Source: a virus. Taken from it: a DNA stretch of 64,000 bases. The stretch's first letter is position 1; every line of letters begins with the position of its first letter. This document shows, piece after piece, positions 10,471-20,766 of the stretch. Below the pieces are notes generated by a model. The model did not search any database. It was not told the origin of the DNA and worked only from the letters and a program-made list of their open reading frames with translations. A program made the position numbers and the translations under genes. Location: the IMG/VR virus record IMGVR_UViG_3300022744_000001, positions 322,022 to 386,021 of that record. The stretch is one strand, 5' to 3'.

Positions 10471-12350
10471 TATTCAAAATCCTCGGCTGAGACGTACCCT
10501 GGAGGGGTAGGGGTCGCGGCCTCAGCGGGAAGAGGGACCGACGAGTAGTCCTCATCCCCCACTGGCTGGGAGGTGGTCGGAAGAACCATGCGCTTTGAAA
10601 GGAACTGCTGCGCCTGGGGCTCGTACATGGGCGGACCATCAAGCAGGAAAGTCGCCCGCACAGTGAACTGGAAATTGTACTCCAGTGTGTAAGGCGAGGT
10701 TTCCGACTCGGTGATGTTGAAGTTGTCGAAGGAACCGACGTACAACGTGTTGTCGTAGTAGACGTACATCGAGCCTACCAGCGACAAACGGTTCAGGAAG
10801 TTGGTCTTGCTGTCCGAGTTGTCCTGACCCGTCGTGTAAAGGTTCGCGTTGTTGCGATAGAGCAAGTAGAGGGACAGGAAATTCTGGTAGCTGGCAGAAT
10901 ACTGCCGCGCACCACGAGTGAGCCCGGGGCTCTGCCCCTCGGCGTTCGGGTTTGGGGAGGCGGCGTCGATAGCGAAGAACGCCGCCACTTTGCCCGACGC
11001 TTCGATCTTGTCCTGGTTCTCGCCCCAATGCTCGACAATGGGGCCGTTGCGAGTCCAGTTGCCGTCCGAAACGATCTTCTCCGAGCTGATCTTGAACGAG
11101 CTTGGGTTCACGAGCAGGCGAAGGGGTGGGGCGTCCCGAAGGGCATTGAGAGCCTTGACCGTGTTGGCGATCTCGGCTCGCTGGGCGTTTTGGTACTTGG
11201 CCTCCATCAACGACCGGAGTTGGTTTTTGTCCGCGGTCTTGGCGACTTCCTTCTTGGCGCTCGAGGCACTGGCGCTACCACTACCCTGCCACTCGGCCGG
11301 GGCGGCTTCGGGCTGAGCTACTGGCGTCTTGAAGGGCGAGAGGCCGTTTCGAAGAACAAACTCTTGTGCTGCTGCGATACGGTCTTTGATGCTCTGCGGG
11401 GGCTTTGCATGCAGCTGCCCTGCATCCGCCAGCGAGTCGATCGTGATCCTGCCGTCTCGAGCTGCCTTGGGGTTGTCACTCACCGCCTCAGCTTGCCGCT
11501 CCGCGTTCTTGAACCTACCCGCATCTTGGGGGTGCGCCGCAATCCAGGCGTCCTGGGTCTCCTTGGAGGCGTAAAGGGAGCCATCAGGGTTCTTGTAGCC
11601 CCCAAACGTGACGTAATTGATGTACGCCCGGTCTTTCCCAGTGACCTTCCCCTTGTAGTAGTTTTCCACGTAAGGGAGCTGTTGTTCCGCTGAGAGGGTG
11701 CAGAACTTGTTCCAAGTGTCCTGGTCCATTCCAATACGTTTGCTTGTACCAACACGCTGGATGAACTGGCACAGACCTTGAGCGTTGGATTTGTCATTGT
11801 GCGCGGTGGGGTCGAAACCGCTCTCCTTGTAGAGCACCGCTGCCATCTCGTAGGGGTCGCACTGAAGCCGCTGGCACATCAGCACGTAGGAGTTCCAGAA
11901 CGAATCGGGTAGTCCTGCCCCCTTGGCATTCGGGCCGACCTCTGCGGTAACCCGACCGCTGGGAGCTACCGAAGTCACCTCCGCGGCCACATCATCGGTC
12001 ATCTCGACCGGGTCCGCTGTGACGTCCCCAATCGACGCAGAACGGTTGAGGAGCCTGCCCGTGATGTTGACCTGGGGAGGGATGATCCCTACCACGAACA
12101 ACTTGGGGTTGGCCTTCGTCTGCGAAACCGGGATGAATGACGTGTTCGCGTCGTCCTCAACTCGAAAATTCGAGAAGAACCCGAGCAGGTTGTACATCGA
12201 GGGGACGTAGAAGTCTGCGTTCAGCTCTATGTCGTTGGCAATGCTGCTGCCCTTGGTCCCAGCGGACTTCGGGGTTACCAAAGCATTGGACCCAGTTTGC
12301 GGCGGGAAAACCAGGTTTTCGTAGCTGGTAGGGTCTTGCTGGTCAGCCAT
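10470..12350 (-). CDS. Baseplate/tube-initiator protein with lytic transglycosylase (SLT) domain
   Basis: SLT signature AAVLYKESGFDPTAHN...AQGLCQFI; C-terminal domain (LLVNPSSF...VEHWGE...YVGSFDNFNITE..PYTLEYNFQF) paralogous to 12353..13018. Confidence 0.8.
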   Translation of the reverse strand: MADQQDPTSYENLVFPPQTGSNALVTPKSAGTKGSSIANDIELNADFYVPSMYNLLGFFSNFRVEDDANTSFIPVSQTKANPKLFVVGIIPPQVNITGRLLNRSASIGDVTADPVEMTDDVAAEVTSVAPSGRVTAEVGPNAKGAGLPDSFWNSYVLMCQRLQCDPYEMAAVLYKESGFDPTAHNDKSNAQGLCQFIQRVGTSKRIGMDQDTWNKFCTLSAEQQLPYVENYYKGKVTGKDRAYINYVTFGGYKNPDGSLYASKETQDAWIAAHPQDAGRFKNAERQAEAVSDNPKAARDGRITIDSLADAGQLHAKPPQSIKDRIAAAQEFVLRNGLSPFKTPVAQPEAAPAEWQGSGSASASSAKKEVAKTADKNQLRSLMEAKYQNAQRAEIANTVKALNALRDAPPLRLLVNPSSFKISSEKIVSDGNWTRNGPIVEHWGENQDKIEASGKVAAFFAIDAASPNPNAEGQSPGLTRGARQYSASYQNFLSLYLLYRNNANLYTTGQDNSDSKTNFLNRLSLVGSMYVYYDNTLYVGSFDNFNITESETSPYTLEYNFQFTVRATFLLDGPPMYEPQAQQFLSKRMVLPTTSQPVGDEDYSSVPLPAEAATPTPPGYVSAEDFE

Positions 12351-12352
12351 GG

Positions 12353-13018
12353 TTAGCCCTGCCCTTCAGGAGTAGGGTCTGTTGCGGAGGACCCTACCCT
12401 CTGGAAATTCGGTACTGGAGGATTCGACCGAGAGCTGAGGGGGATAGCCTGCAAGATCTTTTCAACCTTGAATGACCATGAGAGCTTGAACACGAACGGA
12501 GAGTCGTCGGTCTCCTCAACGCTGAAATTGCGGAACGTCCCGATGTATGTCCCGCGGTCAAACATGAGCATGACCCACCCCTGCAACACGATGTTGCCGA
12601 AGGGGTCGTAGACGCTACCGTTGTTTCGGTAGAGGTCGTAAAGGTCTCGGTACCTGTCCCAGGCGATGGTTCGTTGGCGAAGTACCGAGGAGAGGCCCGT
12701 GTACAGGTTGATGAACGCCCCTGTGGACTGGTCCACGGAAATCTCGCTGAGTTCATCCCCCCAGTGCTGCTCAACAAACCCCCCTCGGGTTTGGATGCGC
12801 TCGATCTTCTTGTTGAAGCTCTCCGCGAAGCTCATGGGGTTTACATGAGACACCAGGGCGTGAGGGAGCAGCGCCTTTGACTCGTCGTAAGGGCTCGTAA
12901 TCTGGAACGCGAGCGGGATGTAGTTCCGACGCGTGTCCGCACTGTGCTCGTAAACCCGGTTACCTGGGCTATCGAGCCTTGCAAACTGTGATTGGTTAGC
13001 CGAGCGAATGTAAGCCAT
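12353..13018 (-). CDS. Tail tube initiator / baseplate protein (gp48/gp54-like)
   Basis: HVNPMSF...TRGGFVEQHWGD...YIGTFRNFSVEETDDSPF; directly downstream of tape measure. Confidence 0.7.
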   Translation of the reverse strand: MAYIRSANQSQFARLDSPGNRVYEHSADTRRNYIPLAFQITSPYDESKALLPHALVSHVNPMSFAESFNKKIERIQTRGGFVEQHWGDELSEISVDQSTGAFINLYTGLSSVLRQRTIAWDRYRDLYDLYRNNGSVYDPFGNIVLQGWVMLMFDRGTYIGTFRNFSVEETDDSPFVFKLSWSFKVEKILQAIPLSSRSNPPVPNFQRVGSSATDPTPEGQG

Positions 13019-13030
13019 CTCGGTACCTCA

Positions 13031-16000
13031 TCACTGGTATTTCTCGCGGCGCTTGTACTCGTAGATCCCCTCTGCAATCTTTTGCTTGAGGAAGTTCGCG
13101 AGGTCCGCGCCGCCGATCCCGTTCACGTTCACTGTCATGCCGCCGGAGCCACCACGGCCACCGGCAGGGACGATCTTCTCCCCCTTGCCCACGGACGCGA
13201 GCCCTTCACCTGGGGAGGCCACCACGGCCCGGCCAGCCGCAATCCCCACCACGTCCCCGCCAAGGGCATTACCTTGCAGCTTGCTAGCCTCGTACGAGTT
13301 AGCAAGGTCCGCCCCCACCCCCGAGGACTTCATGCGCTCGAGCAAACGGGCCTGGTCCGTGGTCGAGTACATGGCGTACTCGAACAGGGCCGTACGCATG
13401 GCGTCACGCACCACGTCCTTGTACGAGCCCGTGAGCTGGGTCTTGTCCAGCATGATGCCGCGGCGCCGGAGCGCATCGTAGAGGTTCTGGAAGCTGTTCA
13501 CCATCTCTCGACCATTCTCGTCGAGAACGTCCGCAGCATCTCGTTCCCCAACAGCCCTCGTTTGAACACTGGGAGTGGCGGCTACCAAGGGGGCTCGAGC
13601 CGCCCCAGGGGCTGCTGTGGGGGTCGCCCCTGGAGCCACTGGAGGCATAACTGCTCCCGGGGCCGCAGCGGGGCTCCCCGGCTTCATGTACGCCGACTGC
13701 AACGTATTCAAACGACCCAAACGACCCAGGTCACTCTGCCCCAGGGTATAGATCGATTTCTGAAGCATCTGCTCAAGCTCATCCCGGGTAAGGTTCGCCG
13801 CCTGGGCCCCCGCGCCGAGCGAACCCTTCATCAAGTAAGCGTCGTAAAACTGCTTCTGACGCTTCTCATCCAAACCCGACATCCCCAGGGTAGAACGAAC
13901 CTTTCCAGCATCATCCCCGATTACCGTTCCAAGGTCCTTCAACAGGGAGTCTTTGCTGACCGCTTTGCCCTTCTCCTTCAAGCCGCCACTGAGGTTGCGC
14001 ATGGACGCCTCAGCAGCCTTAAGGACCGCTTGTCGAGAGGCCGCCGAGTCAAACTGAGTGGCCGCCGCTTCCTGTAGCTTGTCAATGATTTTGTCGTTCT
14101 TCCCGGTTCGACCCTTCTCGAGCACATCCCCAACATTGACGTGCTTCTTACCTCCAGGGAAAAGACCGATGATCTCGTGGAGCCCGTCAATGAGGCTTCG
14201 CAACGCCTTGTAGAGGTAATTGAAGATGCCATCCACGATCATCCCCACCTTGTCCTCGATGGAGGTGACCAACTTGCCCTGCTCTTGAGCCAGCCTCAAC
14301 TGCTTCTGAGCCTCAGACTCATCTGGCGGGTTGACTCTCTCTAGGATGGAGAGAACATCCCCTGTGGAGAGCTTGTCCAAATCCTCAGCGGAGGTAATCT
14401 TGCGAGCCGCAAGCTGCTCCAGGATCTTGGCTTGCTTGTCCTTGTCCGCCATGTTGCCAGCAAGAGCACTGGCGAAATCCCGTTTCTGGGACTCGATGCT
14501 GAACCGCAATGCCACCATCTCTCGGAATTGTTCCTCAGACATCTGGTACTGATTGCGAAGAGCCAATCCTTGGTCCCCAGTGATCTGCTCGATGTCCTTC
14601 CCGTAAGTGTTCTTTGCTCCTCGCTCAAGCATGTCCAACATGGCAGCTGGACTAGAGTTCCCCATGGCTGCGCCGGTACCCACAATGCCAGACGCGTTCT
14701 CTTTTTTGTCCTGACGTAGCTCGAGGAAAGTCTTTAGCAGGCTACCTCGAGCAGCATCCGGCACCTTCTCAAGAGCTGTTTCAAGGGCCTGGTTATTACC
14801 CTTCATAAAGTCTTCGATGAGGCTACCCAGGCGGTCGATGTTTGCAGCCGACTTATCCCCTGTCTGCCCAGCAACATCAATAATCGCAGCCTGCACCTTA
14901 CTCGCAATGTCCTTGCCCACAGTCGCCTGGGAAAAGCCCTCTCCCGCATACGCCGCGACACGAACGCGCTGGAGCTGGTCCATCTTCTGAACGCCAGACG
15001 CCGCAAATTGCAGGAACTTCCCTGCCTCACGAGGGTTCATGGACTTTCCAAGCACTTTGAGCAAAGTAGCGGCCGACTCAAGGCGAGTGTTGTAAAGCCC
15101 CAAATCTGACGAAACGCCCCGAAGAATCGAGAAGAATTTGTTGGTAGCGATGCCGCTCTCTGAAGCCTCGCGGGTCATGCGAGCGAATTCGAGCTTGGTA
15201 CCCGTCACGCTCTTTCCCATCTCTGTGAACATTTCGGCCTGAAAGTCCGAGATTTCCTGCAACGAAACGCCCATCAATCGAGAGTAGGCCAACGAGGTTC
15301 TAGCAAGCTCGCCGAAGCTCCCGACGTCTGCCGCAGACCGGTGCGCCGACTTCTGCACATTGTCGAACGCTTGCTCGAGTGACTTCAAGGAGGCGCCCTG
15401 CTGAGCCAGGGCGTTGGTCACTTGGATGACCTGATCCTTCGTCGAACCCCACTTGAAGTTCTCGTGAATGTCAGTAGCTTGGTCCCGGATTGTGTCGAGA
15501 GTGCTGCTTACCTTGCCAAACGCTTGGTCTACGTTCTTGGTGTTCCCGTACAAGAACTCCGCAGAGCTTGCACCCTCCAGGATTTGCTTGTTCATCTCCT
15601 TTGCGTGCGCCTCAATGTCCACGAGAAGTTTGACAATGGACATCATCACGCTAGCGGACATGGACAGAATGGGGCCGAGCTTGGACATGGTCGTAACCAG
15701 CGGCCCGAGTCCCGACAGGAGCTTCCCAAACCCCTCCATTTTCTTGTTGCCAGAACCGGTACCCGCAATCTGCAAGTCGCGGCCCCACTTCATGCCGAGC
15801 TTACCTGCGCCCTTCATGAGTTGAGCTGCTGCGCCTGCACCCGCTCGAGCCACACCAAGAGGGTCACGACCCGACAACGAGCCGATTCCATCCGCAAAAC
15901 TCTCCGCCAGGTTTTTACCAACCGTCGCGGTCTTGAGGTCGGATAGCGCCGTTTGGAAGTCCTCGGCCGCCTTCTGGCGAGACGCCACTTGCTCCCCGTG

Positions 16001-16552
16001 CTTCTCCATGATGAGAGCTTTGCCAGGACCAACTGCCGTATCCTTGAGCTTCTCCCGCTCTTGCTCGAGCTTTTGGCGCTCTTTTCTCACCTCTTTTGAG
16101 AAGAGCAGCTCGCGATCCTTCATCTGCTGTTCAAAAGCAGCTTTGGCGTCGTCATTATCGGCATAGCGGGCTTTCTCGCGAATGTCCGCAACGTCCTCCC
16201 ACATCTTCTTTTCGGCGATTTCAACGTTCCTCGTGAAGTCCTTGTAGGACTCACTGAAGCGTTTTACCGCTTTGTCGAAGCCATCCGCATGCCCTTTGCC
16301 GCCAACCTTGCGGATGGTCTTGTGCATCAACTTCAGGTCGTTGTTGCTTTTGCGGAGCCCCTTGTCGTACTCCTTCAAACGCTTGGTAAACGCACCAAAC
16401 CCATGCTTGTCGTCCCACTCGAGCTTGGCGTTCTTGTTGTTACGGACAACGTTTCGAATGCCCTTCTCAATGGCAACAAGGCTAGAGAGGGCTTTGCGGT
16501 TTTCAATTTCAACATGAAAACCTAGCTCGACGTCCTCTCTCTTGGCACTCAT
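13031..16552 (-). CDS. Tape measure protein
   Basis: 1173 aa, A/K/G/L-rich helical composition, between chaperone-like genes and baseplate; C-terminal GEKIVPA...GGMTVNVNG motif typical of TMPs. Confidence 0.85.
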   Translation of the reverse strand: MSAKREDVELGFHVEIENRKALSSLVAIEKGIRNVVRNNKNAKLEWDDKHGFGAFTKRLKEYDKGLRKSNNDLKLMHKTIRKVGGKGHADGFDKAVKRFSESYKDFTRNVEIAEKKMWEDVADIREKARYADNDDAKAAFEQQMKDRELLFSKEVRKERQKLEQEREKLKDTAVGPGKALIMEKHGEQVASRQKAAEDFQTALSDLKTATVGKNLAESFADGIGSLSGRDPLGVARAGAGAAAQLMKGAGKLGMKWGRDLQIAGTGSGNKKMEGFGKLLSGLGPLVTTMSKLGPILSMSASVMMSIVKLLVDIEAHAKEMNKQILEGASSAEFLYGNTKNVDQAFGKVSSTLDTIRDQATDIHENFKWGSTKDQVIQVTNALAQQGASLKSLEQAFDNVQKSAHRSAADVGSFGELARTSLAYSRLMGVSLQEISDFQAEMFTEMGKSVTGTKLEFARMTREASESGIATNKFFSILRGVSSDLGLYNTRLESAATLLKVLGKSMNPREAGKFLQFAASGVQKMDQLQRVRVAAYAGEGFSQATVGKDIASKVQAAIIDVAGQTGDKSAANIDRLGSLIEDFMKGNNQALETALEKVPDAARGSLLKTFLELRQDKKENASGIVGTGAAMGNSSPAAMLDMLERGAKNTYGKDIEQITGDQGLALRNQYQMSEEQFREMVALRFSIESQKRDFASALAGNMADKDKQAKILEQLAARKITSAEDLDKLSTGDVLSILERVNPPDESEAQKQLRLAQEQGKLVTSIEDKVGMIVDGIFNYLYKALRSLIDGLHEIIGLFPGGKKHVNVGDVLEKGRTGKNDKIIDKLQEAAATQFDSAASRQAVLKAAEASMRNLSGGLKEKGKAVSKDSLLKDLGTVIGDDAGKVRSTLGMSGLDEKRQKQFYDAYLMKGSLGAGAQAANLTRDELEQMLQKSIYTLGQSDLGRLGRLNTLQSAYMKPGSPAAAPGAVMPPVAPGATPTAAPGAARAPLVAATPSVQTRAVGERDAADVLDENGREMVNSFQNLYDALRRRGIMLDKTQLTGSYKDVVRDAMRTALFEYAMYSTTDQARLLERMKSSGVGADLANSYEASKLQGNALGGDVVGIAAGRAVVASPGEGLASVGKGEKIVPAGGRGGSGGMTVNVNGIGGADLANFLKQKIAEGIYEYKRREKYQ

Positions 16553-16555
16553 CTA

Positions 16556-17869
16556 TCAACCCCTCCGAAACGGCGTCCCGGCGGGCCGGGGCGGCACTAC
16601 AGGCTGCGCAGAAGAGGGATCGCGATCGGTTGTCTGCACCGGCAGGTTCGACCCGTCCTCTTCGTCGATACCGTACTTCTTGAGGAACTGCTCCATGCGT
16701 TCGTCGTAAACAAACGCGGAAGCCTGCTGCTGAGCTTGTAACTGCCGTTGACGGGTTACACGTTCACGAACTTCCGCAGGGGTAAAGCTCCTAGTAGCGT
16801 CCGACCCACCGTAGGTCTCATTGGGGTTCTCCAGCGACCGAGCCTGGTGCATCTCCCGCATGTGCTGAAGGCGCGCTCGTTCACCCTCGCGAAGGCGAAG
16901 CTCTTCTTGCTCAACCACCCGATCGTGCCAGTCCTTTTCCCCTCGAAGGTCACGCTCGAGCTGATCCGCAAGCTCCTCTACGGTTCGAGCCGTAATGATT
17001 TGGTACTGACTGGCCTCGCGATTCTTGCCAAGGTCCTCCCCCAAAATCACGTGCCGGAGCAACTGGTCCTTGCGGTTGATTCGGTCGGTTTGCTCGGTCT
17101 CTCGGCGTTTCTTGTCCTGGGCGTAGATCTTCTTGATCTCTTTGCCTGCAAAGCAGGAGCCGATGAACTTGGCGTTGTCCCACTCCCGTTCGGCCATCTC
17201 ACGGACGTCGTCGTAGTAGTTGAGGGCCCTCCAAACGAGCTGGGCATAGTTCAACCCAAGCCTTTGGGTACCTTCAATCCCGGTGTTCCCCGGGGACATG
17301 AGTTCGACACCCTTGAGCTGCGCCCACCGGAACCGAGACGATTTCTCCATCTGGTACGCCTCAGCCAGGGTGGTCGCGTTTGCCGCCTTTCGGTGAACCT
17401 CCGCAATGGCACGAACGAGCTTCGTCCGTGCGGGCCCTGGGAGAAGCTTGAAGGTGTCCTCGATGGTCGAAATCCAGCGCTCCCGCTCGGGTAAAATGTT
17501 CTGCCCGTCGATCATGAAAACGGCGTAGGCCAGAAACGAGTTGTAGTACCTCTCGAGGGGCTCCCCCGCGGTCACCCACTGGAGGTACTCCAGCTCGTGA
17601 TGGTTCATCGACTTGAAGATGAACCGTACCCCATTGATCTCCGCAGGAAGCACGATGAACCCGCGAAACAACAAGTTCTCGACATCTCGATAAACAGCCG
17701 GGTTGACCTCCGGCTCTTTCGGGATGTTGATCTTGAGCTTGGGCTCTCCGTTCTCGTCAAGCTCCTCTTCTTCACCCTCCGGTTCGGCATTACGAGGCTT
17801 TGGGGTCAACCCCATCTGCTGGACAGCGGAGTTGACCGCCAAACGGTCACCAATTTCCTCGGTGGCCAT
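16556..17869 (-). CDS. Tail assembly chaperone-like protein 2
   Basis: 437 aa, own SD (GAGGT) and ATG, immediately before TMP; function from position. Confidence 0.55.
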   Translation of the reverse strand: MATEEIGDRLAVNSAVQQMGLTPKPRNAEPEGEEEELDENGEPKLKINIPKEPEVNPAVYRDVENLLFRGFIVLPAEINGVRFIFKSMNHHELEYLQWVTAGEPLERYYNSFLAYAVFMIDGQNILPERERWISTIEDTFKLLPGPARTKLVRAIAEVHRKAANATTLAEAYQMEKSSRFRWAQLKGVELMSPGNTGIEGTQRLGLNYAQLVWRALNYYDDVREMAEREWDNAKFIGSCFAGKEIKKIYAQDKKRRETEQTDRINRKDQLLRHVILGEDLGKNREASQYQIITARTVEELADQLERDLRGEKDWHDRVVEQEELRLREGERARLQHMREMHQARSLENPNETYGGSDATRSFTPAEVRERVTRQRQLQAQQQASAFVYDERMEQFLKKYGIDEEDGSNLPVQTTDRDPSSAQPVVPPRPAGTPFRRG

Positions 17870-17877
17870 GGCCTACC

Positions 17878-18978
17878 TCAAAGGCGAGGTGGGGGTCGAA
17901 AACGGGGGTTGATTCCACCGACCGGGGGCTTGTCGATGATCTGCTTGGCCTCCTCCGGGTTTCGAGACTGAGGGCGGGTCTCAGCATGAGGGTTGTAGGC
18001 CGTCTGGGGGGTTGCACCAAGAGAGGGCATGTCCTGGGGCAACGTGCCTTCCAGAGCGGCAATCTCATCGGCTTTCCGACGCGTCTCTGGGGGCGGGACC
18101 GAAGCCGCCGCGGCGTCCGCTCGAACGATGGCCGGAACCACATCCTTGAGCTGTCCCACGGACTGCCCGAGAACCTGGGGCACGTCTTTGAGCTGGGAGG
18201 CTGCCTGGGCCACAACCGCCCCCGGGCGGAGAATGGCGGCTGTGGAGCGCTGCATGGGCGGGGGAGCCTCTGAGGCAGGCCCCACCGGGCGCGTAGCAAG
18301 GTCAGGGGCGGGCTTCGTGGCGGCCAGCTCCTCCTCGGTCACCACCTGGACGCCAGGGCCCCCCTCGAGCTTCGCAAGGCGCTCCCCAGCATCCATGTAC
18401 TCCTGCTTCAAGGCGTAGCCGAACTCGTCCCGGATCTTGGCGGCCAGCTCAAAAGGTACCGAGGGCTCGAGTGCCTTGGCCTCCCCGAGAAGGCGTCGGT
18501 ACTTGTCATCGTCGGTCTCGTCTGGGACCGTGAAGGTGATGTTCTCGGCGGCTACCCGCTCAGCCTTGGCTACCACGTCGTTCCACTTGCGGAACGCCAC
18601 ATCGATGGCCTCACGACTCCAAGTCGAGAGGACATACTCCTTGAAAAACTGATACAACTCAAGGGTCACCGGTTTGACCACAGCACGCCCCGTCGAGTTG
18701 TCCAGCTCCTCGACGTCAACCTCGACGTACTCGTGATCCCGGAAGCTCTCCCCGTTCAGCTCCACAATTGAACGGCTGATGTGCTCGAGCTTGAATGCTT
18801 GGATGTAGGCCACATCCTCAAGCTCGGCCACCGCCGCCATCGCCGCTTCGTACTCCGCAGGCCGAAGGCTACGAAGGACCACGTCGCAACCGGATACGGT
18901 GAAAGCCTCTTCGACCTCACCGACCCGTTGTGCACGCTTAAGAGCCTCGGCAATCTTCTTCGCTTGTAACTTAGCCAT
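17878..18978 (-). CDS. Tail assembly chaperone-like protein 1
   Basis: VVLRSLRPAEYE...LEHISRSIVELNG; follows tube gene; P/A-rich C-terminus. Confidence 0.55.
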   Translation of the reverse strand: MAKLQAKKIAEALKRAQRVGEVEEAFTVSGCDVVLRSLRPAEYEAAMAAVAELEDVAYIQAFKLEHISRSIVELNGESFRDHEYVEVDVEELDNSTGRAVVKPVTLELYQFFKEYVLSTWSREAIDVAFRKWNDVVAKAERVAAENITFTVPDETDDDKYRRLLGEAKALEPSVPFELAAKIRDEFGYALKQEYMDAGERLAKLEGGPGVQVVTEEELAATKPAPDLATRPVGPASEAPPPMQRSTAAILRPGAVVAQAASQLKDVPQVLGQSVGQLKDVVPAIVRADAAAASVPPPETRRKADEIAALEGTLPQDMPSLGATPQTAYNPHAETRPQSRNPEEAKQIIDKPPVGGINPRFRPPPRL

Positions 18979-19002
18979 CTCTCACCTCTTGGTGCGAGAT
19001 GG
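18975..19002 (-). promoter_or_regulatory. Hairpin occluding SD and start codon of chaperone 1
   Basis: Minus strand CCATCTCGCACC-AAGA-GGTGAGAGATGG; the 3' side holds the GAGG SD and the ATG at 18978. Confidence 0.55.
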
Positions 19003-19031
19003 GCGCGAAGCGGAGCCCACGGACTTCCTAT

Positions 19032-19113
19032 GTCTTCAAGGTCCGATTCGATCCCATCTTCATACGTCCATTTGCATCTGACCGGGGGCCTCAACCGACT
19101 GAGGCCCCCTGGT
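19032..19113 (-). promoter_or_regulatory. GC hairpin + NARATG repeat element (after tube gene)
   Basis: Stem GGGGGCCTCA/TGAGGCCCCC within 19081-19113, no U-tract, then CAGATG CAAATG ... AAGATG. Confidence 0.55.
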
Positions 19114-19118
19114 TTGGA

Positions 19119-19841
19119 TCACGTACCGACCGTCGTGTTCGGCTGCGCCCCACCCGCGAATCTCAGGGAGTAGCCAGAACCCGCCGTGCCGTTGGCACCG
19201 ATCGGAGCGAGACCCGAATCGATGTACTCGCCGTAGTTGCTGAACCCATCGATGATGTCCGTGACCTTGATGGTCGAGTTCTCGGTCACGATGGCAGCGT
19301 CGCTCGTGTAGGAGGCATTGAACGACTCTACCCAGCAACCCTCGTAGAACGTGAACAAGGCACGGATCTGGTTGGTCGCCAGATTGTTCACGTTGCTCGG
19401 CTGCGTCACAGCGTTCTTGATCGCAGGAGCACCCTCGATGTCGTCGCGCGACACGAGTTCAGGGAAGACCAGCTCTTGCTTGAGGTCGAACGGCCAGCGG
19501 TGGTGCTTCAGAGACCGCACGAGCCCCTCAACGCCGCCCTTGTAGCCCAACACCTGGAAGATGTTGACGACATACATGAGCGTGCGGTTGAGCGTGATGC
19601 TCATGGGCTCAGTCACACCCGGCACAAGCTCAGCCACCTGGTCGCCGAAACCAACGCCACGAACCGGGTCGATGGTGCGGGACTCGTCGAATCCGAACTC
19701 GGACACGACTCCGATCTGCTGAAACTTCTGCTTGCCCACCATGTAGCCGTAAATTTTATTTTTTTGAGACACCGCTGTCCGGGTATTGGGGGCGGTACCC
19801 ATGCGGTAGATATATGTGGTGAGGTCGCGTGGATTCGGCAT
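19119..19841 (-). CDS. Tail tube protein
   Basis: 240 aa; IGVVSEFGFDESRTIDPVRGVGFGDQVAELVPG and TFYEGCWVESFNASYTSDAAIVTENSTIKVTDI are typical of myophage tube proteins; strong GAGGAG SD. Confidence 0.85.
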   Translation of the reverse strand: MPNPRDLTTYIYRMGTAPNTRTAVSQKNKIYGYMVGKQKFQQIGVVSEFGFDESRTIDPVRGVGFGDQVAELVPGVTEPMSITLNRTLMYVVNIFQVLGYKGGVEGLVRSLKHHRWPFDLKQELVFPELVSRDDIEGAPAIKNAVTQPSNVNNLATNQIRALFTFYEGCWVESFNASYTSDAAIVTENSTIKVTDIIDGFSNYGEYIDSGLAPIGANGTAGSGYSLRFAGGAQPNTTVGT

Positions 19842-19853
19842 GGTTCAGACTCC

Positions 19854-19882
19854 TCTTCCCCTGGTGGCCCTAATAGAAGGTT
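19854..19882 (-). promoter_or_regulatory. Putative late-type promoter (YYYYTAT-N13/14-GRAGA)
   Basis: AACCTTCTAT-N14-GAAGA upstream of tube; same architecture at 25867, 36413, 48741, 57519 and 60348. Confidence 0.5.
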
Positions 19883-19883
19883 C

Positions 19884-20732
19884 TCACACGAAGAAAGCGC
19901 GAACCTTGTCGGCCTTCTGGGCGAGATCCAGGAGGGCCGTACGCAGGGCGGGGTCCTGGAAATTCGCACGCTTCGCGATGCCATCGAGACGGGTCGAGAT
20001 CGTGTGAAGGTCGCCCCTCGCAGCATCACGGCCCTTCTTCGAGCTTGCCTGCACGGCCTTGAGGGCCGCATCCACCTTGGCCACTACCAGGTGAACAAGA
20101 CCCTCGTTCACGAAAGGCACCTCGGTCGCAGCGAGCTTGTAGTAGAGGGAGTTGTCACTCTGGTCCTTACCAGCGTAAGGATTCTCCACCTTCATCTGCT
20201 TGGCCACATCCTCAGCGGGACCAGTCACTCCATTCTCTGTTGCCACGGCTGCCTCCTTCGCCTGGGTGTCAGGCTTCGACTCGTCGGTTTCGTCTTCTGC
20301 GCCTTTGAAGTGCGCAAAGAAGTCCGATGCGCTCTTGCCGAAGGCGGAAATTGTTTCAGGAGAGGGGGTCTGATACAGAGCGTCAAACGCCGTCAGCAAC
20401 CCATCAAAACTGGCCTGAACCGGTGTTGGTTGAACTTGGTCGGTCATACCCTCATCCTGCTGAGGTACCGAGGGGATAAGACCATTACCGTGCGCCCACC
20501 GAGAGCGCTTCGGCTGGAGAAGTTTCTCGAGCCCCTCCAGATCAATCTGAACTACGGCTCGATTTGTCTTAACAAATGAGTCCAAAGCGCGCCTGCAAAG
20601 CGCTGGGCTTTGAACGAGAGACGTGACCAGCTTCAACACTGAAACCGAACCCATGTTGAGGGTCCGGCCGTCAGGAAGTTCCACATAGTCTCGAAACCCG
20701 TCTGTAGCGACGGTGACTAAAGAGCGAGCCAT
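19884..20732 (-). CDS. Hypothetical protein (possible internal virion protein)
   Basis: 282 aa, fits gene tiling; low-complexity linker followed by KLA and a helical C-terminal domain. Confidence 0.7.
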   Translation of the reverse strand: MARSLVTVATDGFRDYVELPDGRTLNMGSVSVLKLVTSLVQSPALCRRALDSFVKTNRAVVQIDLEGLEKLLQPKRSRWAHGNGLIPSVPQQDEGMTDQVQPTPVQASFDGLLTAFDALYQTPSPETISAFGKSASDFFAHFKGAEDETDESKPDTQAKEAAVATENGVTGPAEDVAKQMKVENPYAGKDQSDNSLYYKLAATEVPFVNEGLVHLVVAKVDAALKAVQASSKKGRDAARGDLHTISTRLDGIAKRANFQDPALRTALLDLAQKADKVRAFFV

Positions 20733-20766
20733 TCACCTGGGGAGAAACCACAACAAGAAAACCGAA

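Noticed and set aside
17860-17920. Programmed frameshift joining the two tail chaperone genes (lambda G/GT style)
   Set aside because: No clear XXXYYYZ slippery site at the end of gene 1, and gene 2 has its own SD and ATG.
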